Below, piece after piece: positions 29,222-38,746 of a DNA stretch of 44,968 nucleotides. The DNA is taken from assembly GCA_044869275.1 (NCBI GenBank), contig JBIOXB010000005.1, positions 1 to 44,968 on the forward strand. Reading direction: 5' to 3'. This DNA comes from a bacterium. GTDB taxonomy: Bacteria > Zhuqueibacterota > Zhuqueibacteria > Zhuqueibacterales > Zhuqueibacteraceae. Numbering within the stretch: the first letter of the stretch is position 1; each line of letters begins with the position of its first letter. Position numbers and translations under genes: made by a program. A model generated the notes under the pieces. It did no database searches, was not told the DNA's origin, and worked only from the letters and a program-made list of their open reading frames with translations.

Positions 29222-30381
29222 CGCGATTCCAATTCCCCCATAAGCCAAAGCTCACGTGTGTCAAAATCTTCCAACCACAATCCCAAAGCACCTTTCGTCG
29301 AAAAACGCCTCATTTCCGTCGCGCCGCGATATTGCTGCAAAATCACGATTTCATCGGGATCGAATAGCGATACAAAATCAGGGTTGTGCGTGGTGGCAAT
29401 AATCTGAGTTCTTTGCGCGGCCTCTTTGATCATATCTGACAAGAATCCTATCATCATTGGATTTAATTTCGCATCGGGCTCGTCGATTCCAATCAATGCC
29501 GGCGGATTCGGATTCTTCAAAATGGCAACGAGGCACAAAAATTTCAAGGTCCCGTCTGAAAGCTGGGTAACACTTGAAACCCTTCCGTTCTTATCCTCCC
29601 AACGAATCAAAAGCTCTCCTTGATTATTGCTCGGAAACGAAATCTGAGCAAAATCGTCAAATACAACTCTCAATAATGAATTGAGCCGTTCCAAAAATTG
29701 TGGTTGGGTTTGCGAAAGCTGATGCAACACGCCCACCATATTGCCGCCATCCTCATCCAAAATCGTTTCGCCCTTTGGAACTCTGGGCGTTCGAACCGGT
29801 GACCAGATTTCGGTGTGAATGCGGTCGTAGATTTTGATTTCTGACACCTTCCTGGCAAAATCATAAACTCGATCATCGTAGTCCCGATTGGGATCATCCA
29901 ATAAACTGCTTAAACCAGTATAACCATTGTTCGGAGAGTAAGAGGTATTGCGCCATTGACCATTCTTATAAAAGGACACTCCATTTTTTTCAAGATCAAG
30001 TTCAAAGATAATTTGATTGAATTCGTCGAAGAGAAGTTTCTCTTGCCGGATACGACCCGGTTTCGAATTTGTAGCCTCAATTTCGATAGAATAATGAAGT
30101 GCTTGAATTATCAAATCGATCTTGAATTGTTGCGCTCCATAATGAGCGACACTCTCAGCACCTCCTCTTTTTATTACCGCAGCCTGCCAGCCTCTCCATT
30201 CGTTGCCAGAGTCGTCTTTCAGGATATGTTTGGGGAAGGTGTCCCGCAAAAACGCGAACACATCCAAAAAATTACTCTTGCCGGAATTGTTCGCGCCGAT
30301 CAAGATATTGACGGGCTTGAGCTCAAAATCAGAAAGCGTTTTGATGCTCTTGTAGTTTTCGATGCTGATCTTTTGGATCAT
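29215..30381 (-). CDS. ABC/AAA_21-type ATPase
   Basis: ISIENYKSI, IGANNSGKSN Walker A, LSDGT signature, IDEPD Walker B, TTHNP; start trimmed to MIQKI at 30381. Confidence 0.88.
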   Translation of the reverse strand: MIQKISIENYKSIKTLSDFELKPVNILIGANNSGKSNFLDVFAFLRDTFPKHILKDDSGNEWRGWQAAVIKRGGAESVAHYGAQQFKIDLIIQALHYSIEIEATNSKPGRIRQEKLLFDEFNQIIFELDLEKNGVSFYKNGQWRNTSYSPNNGYTGLSSLLDDPNRDYDDRVYDFARKVSEIKIYDRIHTEIWSPVRTPRVPKGETILDEDGGNMVGVLHQLSQTQPQFLERLNSLLRVVFDDFAQISFPSNNQGELLIRWEDKNGRVSSVTQLSDGTLKFLCLVAILKNPNPPALIGIDEPDAKLNPMMIGFLSDMIKEAAQRTQIIATTHNPDFVSLFDPDEIVILQQYRGATEMRRFSTKGALGLWLEDFDTRELWLMGELESRW

Positions 30382-30575
30382 GGCAATATCCAACACGGTC
30401 TTATAGAATGAAAAGCTTCCCCATTTTCGGCACTTTTCCAGGTATTCAAAAAGAATCTTCCAGCATGACATGCGGGGGTGACGACGCTATGTACACCCAA
30501 GAACAACGCCTTAAGAAAAGAAAATTGCAGGTAATTTGAAAGAAATTTATGTATCTTGTTTATGCGTTCAGGCGC

Positions 30576-31280
30576 ATGAAAATGAAAGCCTTTCTCACAG
30601 CCTATTGGCGACACCTCATCAATCTGACGTATCAAGTCGAGCCGGCATGTCTCGCCGCGCATGTCCCTTCCGGATTGGAATTGGACTTGTGGCAAGGGCG
30701 AGCGCATGTCAGCCTGGTCGCTTTTGAGTTTTTGCAGACCAAAGTGAAGGGCGTCAAAATTCCGTTGCATGCCGATTTTCCCGAAATCAATCTGCGTTAC
30801 TACGTGCGCTGGCGGGAAAAAAGAGGCGTGATGTTTCTGCGCGAATTTGTGCCGAAGCAATGCCTCGCGCTGGTGGCAAACAAATTCTACCACGAACCCT
30901 ATCAAGCCCTGGCGATGTCGTGCCAGACGCGAGACCTCTGCGAGCGCATGCACATTCAATATCGTGTGCGCCAGCGCGAGGAGAACTTCACCATCTCCCT
31001 GGTGGCCGAAACCGCTTCATTTGTGCCGGCAATCACCAGCGTGGAACATCATTTCAAGGAGCATGAGCTCGGCTTTGGCAAAGACAAAGCTGGGAACACG
31101 CTTTACTATCGTGTCGAACATCCGATTTGGGAAATTCATCCCATTCAAGAATGCCGGTTGCATCTGGATTTTGGCAAGCTGTACGGCGAGCATTGGGCAT
31201 TCTTGAATGCACAACAACCGGTGTGCGCTCTGGTCGCTAAAGGTTCCTGGGTCAACGTCTTTCCTCCACAAAAACTATGA
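30576..31280 (+). CDS. DUF2071 (YqjF-like) protein
   Basis: FLTAYWRHL..TY.V.P..L..HVPSGLELD, VSLVAFEF, FPEINLRYYV, YYRVEHP.W. Confidence 0.82.
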   Translation: MKMKAFLTAYWRHLINLTYQVEPACLAAHVPSGLELDLWQGRAHVSLVAFEFLQTKVKGVKIPLHADFPEINLRYYVRWREKRGVMFLREFVPKQCLALVANKFYHEPYQALAMSCQTRDLCERMHIQYRVRQREENFTISLVAETASFVPAITSVEHHFKEHELGFGKDKAGNTLYYRVEHPIWEIHPIQECRLHLDFGKLYGEHWAFLNAQQPVCALVAKGSWVNVFPPQKL

Positions 31281-32170
31281 CCACTCTCCATCTCATCGAC
31301 GCCAGCCCGTACATTTTCCGGGCCTACTTTTCAATCCCCAGTTCAATAAAATCGCCGCAAGGCGATCCCACCAATGCCATTTACGGTTACACGGCTTTTC
31401 TGCTCGACCTTCTGAAAAGGGAGAAGCCCACGCATCTCGCCGTGGCTTTTGACGGCAGCTTGACGACTTCCTTCCGCAACGAGCTCTATCCGGCCTACAA
31501 GGCGCAGCGCGAATCGCCGCCGGAAGAGCTCGAGGCCCAAATCGACGGCTGCTTCGCCGTCACGCAAGCCCTGGGCATGAAGGCGTTCATCGATGATCGC
31601 TACGAGGCCGATGACATCGTCGGCACGATCATCGCGCAATTTCGCAAGAAAGACTGCCGCTTCGTGGTTGTTTCCGGTGATAAGGATTTGGCTCAGCTCG
31701 TCGATGCACGCACGCGCCTGTGGGATTTTGCCAAAGACCGGCGCTTCGATGCCAGGGCCGTGCGCGAACATTTCGGCGTAAAGCCGGAACAGATCGTCGA
31801 TTTGCTCGCGCTGCAGGGTGATGCGGTCGATAATATACCCGGCGTCAAAGGCATCGGCGCGAAAACCGCGGTGGCATTGCTGGAAAAATTCTCCGATCTG
31901 CAAGCGCTCTACAAAAGACTGGATCATGTCGAAAAGATGAATTTGCGGGGCGCCGCGGCCATCTGCGCCAAGCTGCAAGCAGGACGGGAAATGGCATTTC
32001 TTTCCCGGCAGTTGGCGACGATCTCCCACCAGGCCCCGGTGAAAGCCACGCTGCGCGAATTGCAATATGCGGGCGCCGATCGTGCCAAAATCGAGAAGTT
32101 ATTCGGGCAGTTTGGGTTTGGAAGAATTCGCGACCGCATTTCGAAATGGAGAAATGGAGGCAAAATATGA
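31277..32170 (+). CDS. Standalone 5'-3' exonuclease/flap endonuclease (PolA N-terminal-like)
   Basis: LIDAS.YIFRAYF, TNA.YG, FRNELYPAYKAQR, EADD, SGDKD, GD.VDNIPGVKGIG.KTA. Confidence 0.92.
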   Translation: MTTLHLIDASPYIFRAYFSIPSSIKSPQGDPTNAIYGYTAFLLDLLKREKPTHLAVAFDGSLTTSFRNELYPAYKAQRESPPEELEAQIDGCFAVTQALGMKAFIDDRYEADDIVGTIIAQFRKKDCRFVVVSGDKDLAQLVDARTRLWDFAKDRRFDARAVREHFGVKPEQIVDLLALQGDAVDNIPGVKGIGAKTAVALLEKFSDLQALYKRLDHVEKMNLRGAAAICAKLQAGREMAFLSRQLATISHQAPVKATLRELQYAGADRAKIEKLFGQFGFGRIRDRISKWRNGGKI

Positions 32171-32793
32171 AGAATTTGACCATCATTGAACATCCCCTCA
32201 TCCAGCACAAACTGACGCATCTGCGCGACAAGCGCACAGATCACGTGCGTTTTCGCGCGCTCACCAAAGAACTGACTTCTTTCATGCTTTACGAAGTCAT
32301 GGAGGACTATCCTCTGCAAGAAATCGATATCGAGACGCCGTTGATGACCGCCCGCGCCAAAGTCCTGGCGCGGGAAATTTCTTTGGTTCTCATTCTGCGC
32401 GCGGGCCTGGGTATGCTCGAAGGCTTGTTGGAATTGGTGCCCGACGCGCGCGTGGGACATATCGGCTTGTATCGCGACGAGAAAACTCTGCAACCGGTGC
32501 AATATTATGCGAAGCTGCCGGGCAATATCGCCGAGACCGAAGTGATTCTCGTTGATCCCATGCTGGCGACCGGCGGCTCCGCCGTCAAGGCGGTGAATTT
32601 GATCAAGAAGACCGGAGCAAAAGCGATCAAATTCGTTTGCATCGTCGCCGCGCCGGAGGGACTTTCCAAGCTGACGCAAGCCCACCCGGAGGTGGCGATT
32701 TATGCCGCGGCGCTGGATGAGCGTCTCAATGATCATGGTTATATTCTGCCGGGATTGGGTGATGCCGGGGACCGGCTGTTTGGCACGAAGTAA
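32167..32793 (+). CDS. upp: Uracil phosphoribosyltransferase
   Basis: HPLIQHKLTHLRD, ILRAGLGM, VDPMLATGGS, GYILPGLGDAGDRLFGTK. Confidence 0.97.
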   Translation: MKNLTIIEHPLIQHKLTHLRDKRTDHVRFRALTKELTSFMLYEVMEDYPLQEIDIETPLMTARAKVLAREISLVLILRAGLGMLEGLLELVPDARVGHIGLYRDEKTLQPVQYYAKLPGNIAETEVILVDPMLATGGSAVKAVNLIKKTGAKAIKFVCIVAAPEGLSKLTQAHPEVAIYAAALDERLNDHGYILPGLGDAGDRLFGTK

Positions 32794-32818
32794 TTGAATC
32801 GGCTCTTTAAACCCTGAG

Positions 32819-33730
32819 ATGAAGTCTACCCCTCTCGTTTCCGCCATCATCCCCACCTACAACCGCGCCGCTTTTTTGCGCGAAGCCATCGATTCCGTGC
32901 TCGCGCAGACCGAACGTGACTTCGAATTGATCGTCGTTGATGATGGCTCCAGCGATGAGACGAGGTCTTTGTGCGGGAGCTACGGCGATAAACTGCGCTA
33001 TTTTTTTCAAAGCCCTCGCGGCGTATCCGCGGCAAGGAATTCGGGCCTGCGGCAGGCGCGCGGGCGGTGGGTTGCCTTTTTGGATTCCGATGATCTGTGG
33101 GCGCCAAATAAACTGGCGCGGCAAGTGGAATGGATGGCGGCGCATCCCGAGATCCTGTTGTGCTACACCGATGAAATCTGGATTCGCCGCGGCCGGCGCG
33201 TGAACCAGAAAAAAATTCATCACAAAGCCGGCGGCTGGATTTATCCTTTGTGCTTGCCGCTCTGCTTGATCAGCCCCTCCTCCGTGCTCATGCGCCGCGA
33301 GCTGTTTGAGCAGGCCGGCGTGTTTGATGAAGCTTTGCCGATTTGTGAAGACTATGATCTCTGGCTGCGCCTCACCGCGCGCTTCGAAGCCGGTTTTATC
33401 GCTGCGCCGCTGATCACGAAACGCGGCGGGCACCAGGATCAGCTTTCACAGCGCGAATGGGGCATTGATGGCTATCGTGTTTATGCGCTCTTGAAAATCT
33501 TGCTCGATCCGCATTTGACCGGAGACTGGCGCAAACAAACCGTTGCAACATTGAAAAGAAAATGCCACATTCTGGCCAACGGTTATCAAAAACGCGGGAA
33601 CATCATGGAAGCGAACCTCTTTTCCGAGATCAGCCATGATTCAGATCAAGGACATTTTGATCCCCACCGACTTCTCGGACACTTCGAGCGCGGCGTTGGG
33701 GCACGCCAGCATGATCGCCGAGCGCTTTGA
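32819..33730 (+). CDS. Glycosyltransferase family 2
   Basis: VSAIIPTYNR, VVDDGS.D, ARNSG, FLDSDD.W, CEDYDLWLR. Confidence 0.92.
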   Translation: MKSTPLVSAIIPTYNRAAFLREAIDSVLAQTERDFELIVVDDGSSDETRSLCGSYGDKLRYFFQSPRGVSAARNSGLRQARGRWVAFLDSDDLWAPNKLARQVEWMAAHPEILLCYTDEIWIRRGRRVNQKKIHHKAGGWIYPLCLPLCLISPSSVLMRRELFEQAGVFDEALPICEDYDLWLRLTARFEAGFIAAPLITKRGGHQDQLSQREWGIDGYRVYALLKILLDPHLTGDWRKQTVATLKRKCHILANGYQKRGNIMEANLFSEISHDSDQGHFDPHRLLGHFERGVGARQHDRRAL

Positions 33731-34571
33731 CGCGCAATTGACGATTCTGCACGTCGATACCCTCGCCGAGGCCACGCGCGAAGAAGCTTTCCCCGTGCTC
33801 GAGCCCGAGATGAATGACACGGAAAAGGCGACCGAGCACGAAGTCTTGCATCTGACCGGCATAAAAACGCCGCGAAATTTGCGCCTGCAGCGCCTGGTAC
33901 GCCGCAACCAAAATCCCGCCGAAGAAATCGTCCTCTACACCCGCGTCCATCCCGTGGAGCTCGTGGTGGTGGGCACGCACGGCCGCAGCGGCCTGAACCA
34001 TCTCATCATGGGCAGCGTCGCGGAGAAGGTCATTCGCCAGGCGCATTGCCCGGTGATCACTGTGCGCGCGAGCGCGACCGCCGCCAAAGTTACCCCCTAT
34101 CTCAACATTCTGGCGCCGGTGGATTTCTCGCCGCATTCGGAAAAAGCGCTGCTGTACGCCTGGTCACTCGCCAAGCTCTTTCACGCCCAATTACACATCC
34201 TGCACATTGTCGATATTCCGGTCCATCCAGAGCATTATGCCGTGAATCTGAACCTCTCGGGAGAATTCGGCCACGAACTGATGGTGCGCTCGCATGAAGA
34301 GCTCGAGCGCATGATTGCACCCTTCCCGCCCTCCAATGTCAAGCATCGCATCGTGGTCGAATTCGGCCGCGCCTACAACGAAATTGTCGAATTTGCCGCA
34401 CAGCATGAAAGCGATTTGATCGTCATGGGCACACAAGGTTTGAGCGGCTTGCAGAAATTCTTCCTCGGCAGCACCACGGCGAAAGTCGTGCGCCATGCGC
34501 CCTGCCCGGTGCTGACCGTGAAGCCGGAAGAGCGGGATTTTGTGACGGCTTCGGACCAGCCGGAAGCGTGA
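33636..34571 (+). CDS. Universal stress protein, tandem USP domains
   Basis: Two P.DFS...A / GT.G.SGL....GS..EKV.R.A.CPV.TV units. Confidence 0.93.
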   Translation: MIQIKDILIPTDFSDTSSAALGHASMIAERFDAQLTILHVDTLAEATREEAFPVLEPEMNDTEKATEHEVLHLTGIKTPRNLRLQRLVRRNQNPAEEIVLYTRVHPVELVVVGTHGRSGLNHLIMGSVAEKVIRQAHCPVITVRASATAAKVTPYLNILAPVDFSPHSEKALLYAWSLAKLFHAQLHILHIVDIPVHPEHYAVNLNLSGEFGHELMVRSHEELERMIAPFPPSNVKHRIVVEFGRAYNEIVEFAAQHESDLIVMGTQGLSGLQKFFLGSTTAKVVRHAPCPVLTVKPEERDFVTASDQPEA

Positions 34572-34649
34572 GGGAACAACCAGCGGTAGAACGAGCGTAA
34601 ATTTTTTAGTCCAAGTCCGGCTTCGCACGCCATTCACCAGGAGGCAAGC

Positions 34650-34856
34650 ATGCAATACGGCACGGTCAAAAAATGGGACGCGGCCAAGGGCTTCGGCTTC
34701 ATCAGCAGCGATGACGACGAGGAATTATTCGTGCACGCGCATGATTTGGAGGCGACCATCAAGGACAAACGCTTGAAGCCCGGCCAGCGGGTGGGGTTCG
34801 ACGTGGTGAGGGAAATGAAGGGAGACAAAGCGGTGCGGGTGAGAATTATGAAGTGA
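34650..34856 (+). CDS. Cold-shock domain protein
   Basis: GTVKKW...KGFGFI, LFVH; RBS aggagg. Confidence 0.92.
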   Translation: MQYGTVKKWDAAKGFGFISSDDDEELFVHAHDLEATIKDKRLKPGQRVGFDVVREMKGDKAVRVRIMK

Positions 34857-34890
34857 TGCAACAAATCCCAAACCTGTCATCCAGAAGGAA

Positions 34891-35011
34891 TCAGATTGTG
34901 TGAAAACATGGGAATGCCGCACCCTGAGCTTGTCGACGGGTGCTAAGTTCAAAAAATCCGGCTTCGACAAGCTCAGCCGGCGTTGAAACCAAGCGTTTTC
35001 ACACAGCCTGA
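34891..35011. mobile_element. Putative MITE (~121 bp) containing a REP-like hairpin
   Basis: Terminal inverted repeats tcagattgtgtgaaaac / gttttcacacagcctga (15/17 match); internal ctgagcttgtcga...tcgacaagctcag palindrome; partial second copy at 25.8 kb. Confidence 0.6.
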
Positions 35012-35292
35012 ATCTTGTGACGCACTGGCGCGATACTCAGCTCTACCAAGATCTCGCAACGGCGGGATGACAAGATAGGAGTTGTTTGAAAAGGGATGGG
35101 CTTAGCGGGTCGCTCTCCTCGTTCAGCGCAAAAAGCTAGATAATCCTCCACTGACTCTGCAAAGGCATTTTTCAGCTCATCCTCAGATTTTCCCTGAAAA
35201 GTAATGACATCGCGCGTATTGATCACTTCGCCATGAAAGAGATTGGCGTCTGCGTCAAACTCCACACGCGCGAGATAGCTTTTGTATTCCAT
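34999..35292 (-). CDS. hicB: HicB-family antitoxin, C-terminally altered, orphan
   Basis: MEYKSYLARVEFD.DANLFHGEVINTRDVITFQG.S.DEL..AF.ESVEDYL.FC.ERGE.P.KP; the usual SG.F..R RHH tail is absent; no hicA adjacent. Confidence 0.8.
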   Translation of the reverse strand: MEYKSYLARVEFDADANLFHGEVINTRDVITFQGKSEDELKNAFAESVEDYLAFCAERGERPAKPIPFQTTPILSSRRCEILVELSIAPVRHKIQAV

Positions 35293-35525
35293 AAGAGATA
35301 ACATTTGCGGTCCTGCTTTAGCTTGACCATTTCACATTCAGGATCATAATCTCACCAAGGGAGAAAAATGCAGGACACGAAGAACATTGCGCAGGTGCAC
35401 CGCGAGCCCAAATTCTCTATCCGCAGATTTCACGGATTACGCAGACAAAGCCTCTGTGTGAATCAGCGGATAGTGTGACATTGTCAAGTCAAAACCCAGG
35501 TCGATGAAAATCCCGAAAGTCGCGT

Positions 35526-36296
35526 TTATCCCTCCCCCCCCGGTTCCAATACCCTCGCCAGCCATTTCCGAAAGCTCCGCCACACGCTTGGGCGCGGCGG
35601 GCGCGCGGCAGGCCGGCGCTTGGCATAACTTGAACCCGGGGACGGGCGGCGATAGTCGGGCGCGCGGTTGACCGTGACTTCGGGCGTGTACTCCATGCTC
35701 ATGCGCGTTTCCACCACGCGGTGGGGGCAGCGATTGCTGTTGCCGCCGCGGAAAAATCCCATGGTGCCGCGAATGGGATCCACCACCATGGCGATCTGCC
35801 ACTCCTGATTATAATAGCGCTTCTGGTTCAAGCGGTCGGTGTTGGACATGAAGATGCCGAAATTCGGGTGGGAATGATACCAGCCGATCTTGCGGATGCG
35901 GCCGTTGCTGCGGTCGCGAATGCGATCGACTTCATCGTTGATGCGCTGGAATTCTTCGCGCGAGACTTCCACCGAGGCAAAATCCGAATGCGCGTATTCC
36001 GCCGACACGGAATCCTGCAAATAAATCCAGGTGAGATCGAAGTCTTCATCGAGATAAGCGTTGCCCAGCAGTATGCCAAAGCATTCGTAGCGCGGGTCCA
36101 TGCGCGCGTGGCTCACGATGCGTTCGACGGCCTGGCTGTCGGCGTAAACGATGTAGCGATTCGGACCGTGGCTGCGCGACCAGTCCGGCGGGATGCGCCG
36201 AGGGTGCGCTTGATGCACACGAACTTCTTTGATGCGAAACCGCTCCTGCGGCTGCACCATGCGATGGGGAGGTTTGCTCACGTCTCTCGCGCTCAC
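35526..36296 (-). CDS. JAB/MPN+ (JAMM) metalloprotease, putative deubiquitinase
   Basis: ECFGILLG (catalytic Glu) and IGWYHSHPNFGIFMSNTD (HxH-x7-S-x2-D), AMVVDP; Rpn11/CSN5-like. Confidence 0.92.
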   Translation of the reverse strand: MSARDVSKPPHRMVQPQERFRIKEVRVHQAHPRRIPPDWSRSHGPNRYIVYADSQAVERIVSHARMDPRYECFGILLGNAYLDEDFDLTWIYLQDSVSAEYAHSDFASVEVSREEFQRINDEVDRIRDRSNGRIRKIGWYHSHPNFGIFMSNTDRLNQKRYYNQEWQIAMVVDPIRGTMGFFRGGNSNRCPHRVVETRMSMEYTPEVTVNRAPDYRRPSPGSSYAKRRPAARPPRPSVWRSFRKWLARVLEPGGEG

Positions 36297-36314
36297 TACG
36301 ATTGGATGTTGCGG

Positions 36315-36788
36315 TTAATATTCCAGCACCAAGTCCGGCAACGGCGTGTTGTCGATGGGCAGCTGTTTGCTGTTGCCTTTGTACCAATCCAATGCCACGG
36401 TATTGGCCGGGCTTTTCACGTTGATGAGATAAGGTTGAAATTGAATGTATTTCGCGATGCGCAAACAAAATGCCGCGAGGCCTTCGTCGGGTGAATAGCC
36501 GCCGACGCACACCACGCCGTTGACGAAAACGTGCGGGTGAAACAAAATCGGCCGCGAGGTGAATTTCGCCAGGGGGGCGCGGTCGGGATATTCCGGCAAT
36601 AGCTTGATCACGACGGTGTGCGAATCGCGCAGGGTTTCCGGGCCAATCAGGCCGCGCAGATTGAAATCCACGACGTAAATCTCCGGCGGCGTGCGGCGAT
36701 CCGCCGCTTCCCACTCGATCAAATCGCTTTGCAGCGCCTGCATGGCTTGATAATCATGCTCCAAACGTACGGTTCGGGACGTTCTCAT
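36315..36788 (-). CDS. Ubiquitin-conjugating enzyme E2 (UBC fold)
   Basis: RLEHDY first helix, LPEYPDRAP...F, FHPHVFVNGVVC (HPN-like + catalytic Cys), SPAN..A..WY. Confidence 0.88.
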   Translation of the reverse strand: MRTSRTVRLEHDYQAMQALQSDLIEWEAADRRTPPEIYVVDFNLRGLIGPETLRDSHTVVIKLLPEYPDRAPLAKFTSRPILFHPHVFVNGVVCVGGYSPDEGLAAFCLRIAKYIQFQPYLINVKSPANTVALDWYKGNSKQLPIDNTPLPDLVLEY

Positions 36789-36929
36789 ATTTATTGGGCG
36801 AATGAATGGTATTCCTGAACGCACTCGAAACGATTCAGCCCGCCAAGCAAGAGGAAGAAACAATTTGCCAGCAGCGGGCCAGAAATCAATTTACCACGAG
36901 AAAGTTCTAGGCGGCAACAGCAGGAACAC

Positions 36930-37196
36930 TCAAAGGCCGCCGCGTTGCACCACGGCGACACGGACCTGGTCCCCATCTTGCGAGTTGATTTGGGAAAGGG
37001 TCTGGTTTTCGCCCAGCTCCCCGCGTCCCTTCACCGTCAAGCCGTACTCTTCGTTGTTGTTGAGCAGGGGCGGAATGAAGCCGGCCAGCACCAAATTATC
37101 GATGATCTGTTCCCGCGTCATATCGCGTGACATATCAACATCCATCTCCGAGTCGTCACTGACGTTGATGAATGTCAGATTGATGATGTCTGCCAT
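36930..37196 (-). CDS. Ubiquitin-like (beta-grasp, YukD/EsaB-like) protein ending RGG-L
   Basis: 88 aa; INLTF...MDVDM..DMT..QIID.L; L.ENQTLSQ...QDGDQVRV (cf. ubiquitin L.D..TL.D..I.....L.L); C-terminus QRGGL; RBS ggaagg. Confidence 0.82.
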   Translation of the reverse strand: MADIINLTFINVSDDSEMDVDMSRDMTREQIIDNLVLAGFIPPLLNNNEEYGLTVKGRGELGENQTLSQINSQDGDQVRVAVVQRGGL

Positions 37197-37436
37197 TCCG
37201 TTATTCCTTCCAAGTTGTGAGGTAGTCATGTTGATCCTCGAGCTGCGGTTGCGTGTGTGCGGCCAGTTTGGTCCTGCGGTCGCCACTTTTCATGTTATTC
37301 CCGCGCTGGTACAAATCTCTCCCTCTGGCTCCAGGGATTCCAGCCTGCGCCCAGGCGACATTTTCGAAAAACGGCCGTGCGGCAGCCATCATCCGTTCGC
37401 TGTCATCGTCTCGTCCGCGCACACTTCAACTTCGGC

Positions 37437-38723
37437 TTATGGTGAAACCCTGTCCGCGGCCGGCAGGCGCTTCCGTGCTCGGCTCAAGCCCGGCAAGGTT
37501 ATTTCTTCATCTCGTGAAAATTCGTAATCCAACGCCCGGCCCTGCTGGTCATGTGCTTGCAACACTACCAGGCGCGGGAAGCCCAAATCGTGCAAGGTCA
37601 AATTCAAAATGGCCTCGCGATAGTCGCCCATGTCCGGGCTCATCACGTCCCAGCTATCCCCCACCATCATCAGCTGCAAGCTCGCACGGTCGGCGATGAT
37701 CTTACAATTTTGGCATTGCACTTGCTCGTGCGATAAACGAAAGATCGGCTGCATGAGCGCCGTTTCCTGGTTGCAATTGCCGCAAAAAAGATGCGACACA
37801 AAGCTGCTGGGAAACTTGACCACGGGTTCTGCCACGCCCGCTTGCTCCAAAGCGGCAAGACAGGCACGCAGCGTCGTGGTGGTGACGGCGCCTTCGAGCA
37901 CCGCAACCTCCGGAAGCGGGCGCATGTCTTCGCATTCACAGCCTTGCCGGCGCAAAATCGGGGCCACTTCAAAATAAGGCTTGGCGCCGCCGCCGTCATA
38001 TTGCAGGCGCACCCCGGTGTCCGGCAGGCGGCCGTGCAACAATTTGACGGCCTGCTCCACTTGCAGCGCAGCGATGATCGCCGAGGTCACTTGCACGGTG
38101 GCCATGCGGCCTTCGGAATAGTGCTTCCGCATGATTTGAAAGCAGGAGTCGTATCTGCCGCCGCTCGCCGCGCGCTCGCGCTTGGTCGTGGTGCAATTGA
38201 AACAGCAATCGAACGGCGGCGCGAACACATAGACGCTGCCCGCCAGGCCGCGAATGCCGCCGTCGATAAAGGGCTTGCCCGTCAGCAGGCAGGCACGATT
38301 GACCGCGAGCCGCGCTTCGAGATTATCGAGACAGCCGAGCACCAAATCCATGCGGCGATAGAGGCCCAGCCCCGCTTCCCACACGACGTCGCCGTCGAGC
38401 GCTTCCACCACGGCAGAAGGCTCAACGCATAATTCTTGCGCGCGCTGCGCGGCAATAACCGCCTTGCGTTTTCCCAAATCACTTTGCCGGAACAGCGCGG
38501 TGCGGCTCAAATTCGAGATTTCGATATGATCGAAATCGACGATCAACATATAACCCAGGCCCAACAACGCCAGGTTCTTCGCCACTTCATTACCCAAAGC
38601 TCCGGCACCCACCACCATTATCCTGGCGTGACGCAGGCGCTCCTGGCTCCACCAATCGAGGCGTTCCTGCCGGTCGGTGGCCTTGGGCGTGTGCCGGCGC
38701 GAGCTTTTGATTTGAAAGGTCAT
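37437..38723 (-). CDS. ThiF-family E1 activating enzyme with Zn-binding extension
   Basis: VVGAGALGNEVAKNL, DFDHIEISNLSR, GCLDNLEARL, CCFNC...RYDSC (candidate catalytic Cys), CECE, CGNC, CQNC. Confidence 0.92.
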   Translation of the reverse strand: MTFQIKSSRRHTPKATDRQERLDWWSQERLRHARIMVVGAGALGNEVAKNLALLGLGYMLIVDFDHIEISNLSRTALFRQSDLGKRKAVIAAQRAQELCVEPSAVVEALDGDVVWEAGLGLYRRMDLVLGCLDNLEARLAVNRACLLTGKPFIDGGIRGLAGSVYVFAPPFDCCFNCTTTKRERAASGGRYDSCFQIMRKHYSEGRMATVQVTSAIIAALQVEQAVKLLHGRLPDTGVRLQYDGGGAKPYFEVAPILRRQGCECEDMRPLPEVAVLEGAVTTTTLRACLAALEQAGVAEPVVKFPSSFVSHLFCGNCNQETALMQPIFRLSHEQVQCQNCKIIADRASLQLMMVGDSWDVMSPDMGDYREAILNLTLHDLGFPRLVVLQAHDQQGRALDYEFSRDEEITLPGLSRARKRLPAADRVSP

Positions 38724-38746
38724 AGCCGCAGCCTCTCGCAGAAGTT

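Noticed and set aside
33636..33730. 95-nt overlap of GT2 and USP genes as a recoding signal
   Set aside because: Most simply a non-conserved C-terminal run-on of GT2; no slippery site or functional evidence
37201..37422. 73-aa ORF between E1 and Ubl
   Set aside because: No motif or convincing composition; cannot be supported, though a small gene is not excluded
37437..38723. E1/Ubl as a ThiF/MoeB sulfur-carrier system linked to sat and cbs
   Set aside because: A UBC-fold E2 and a RING-like gene are present, no thiamine/molybdopterin/cysteine-synthase genes are in the operon, and sat/cbs are 7-11 kb away
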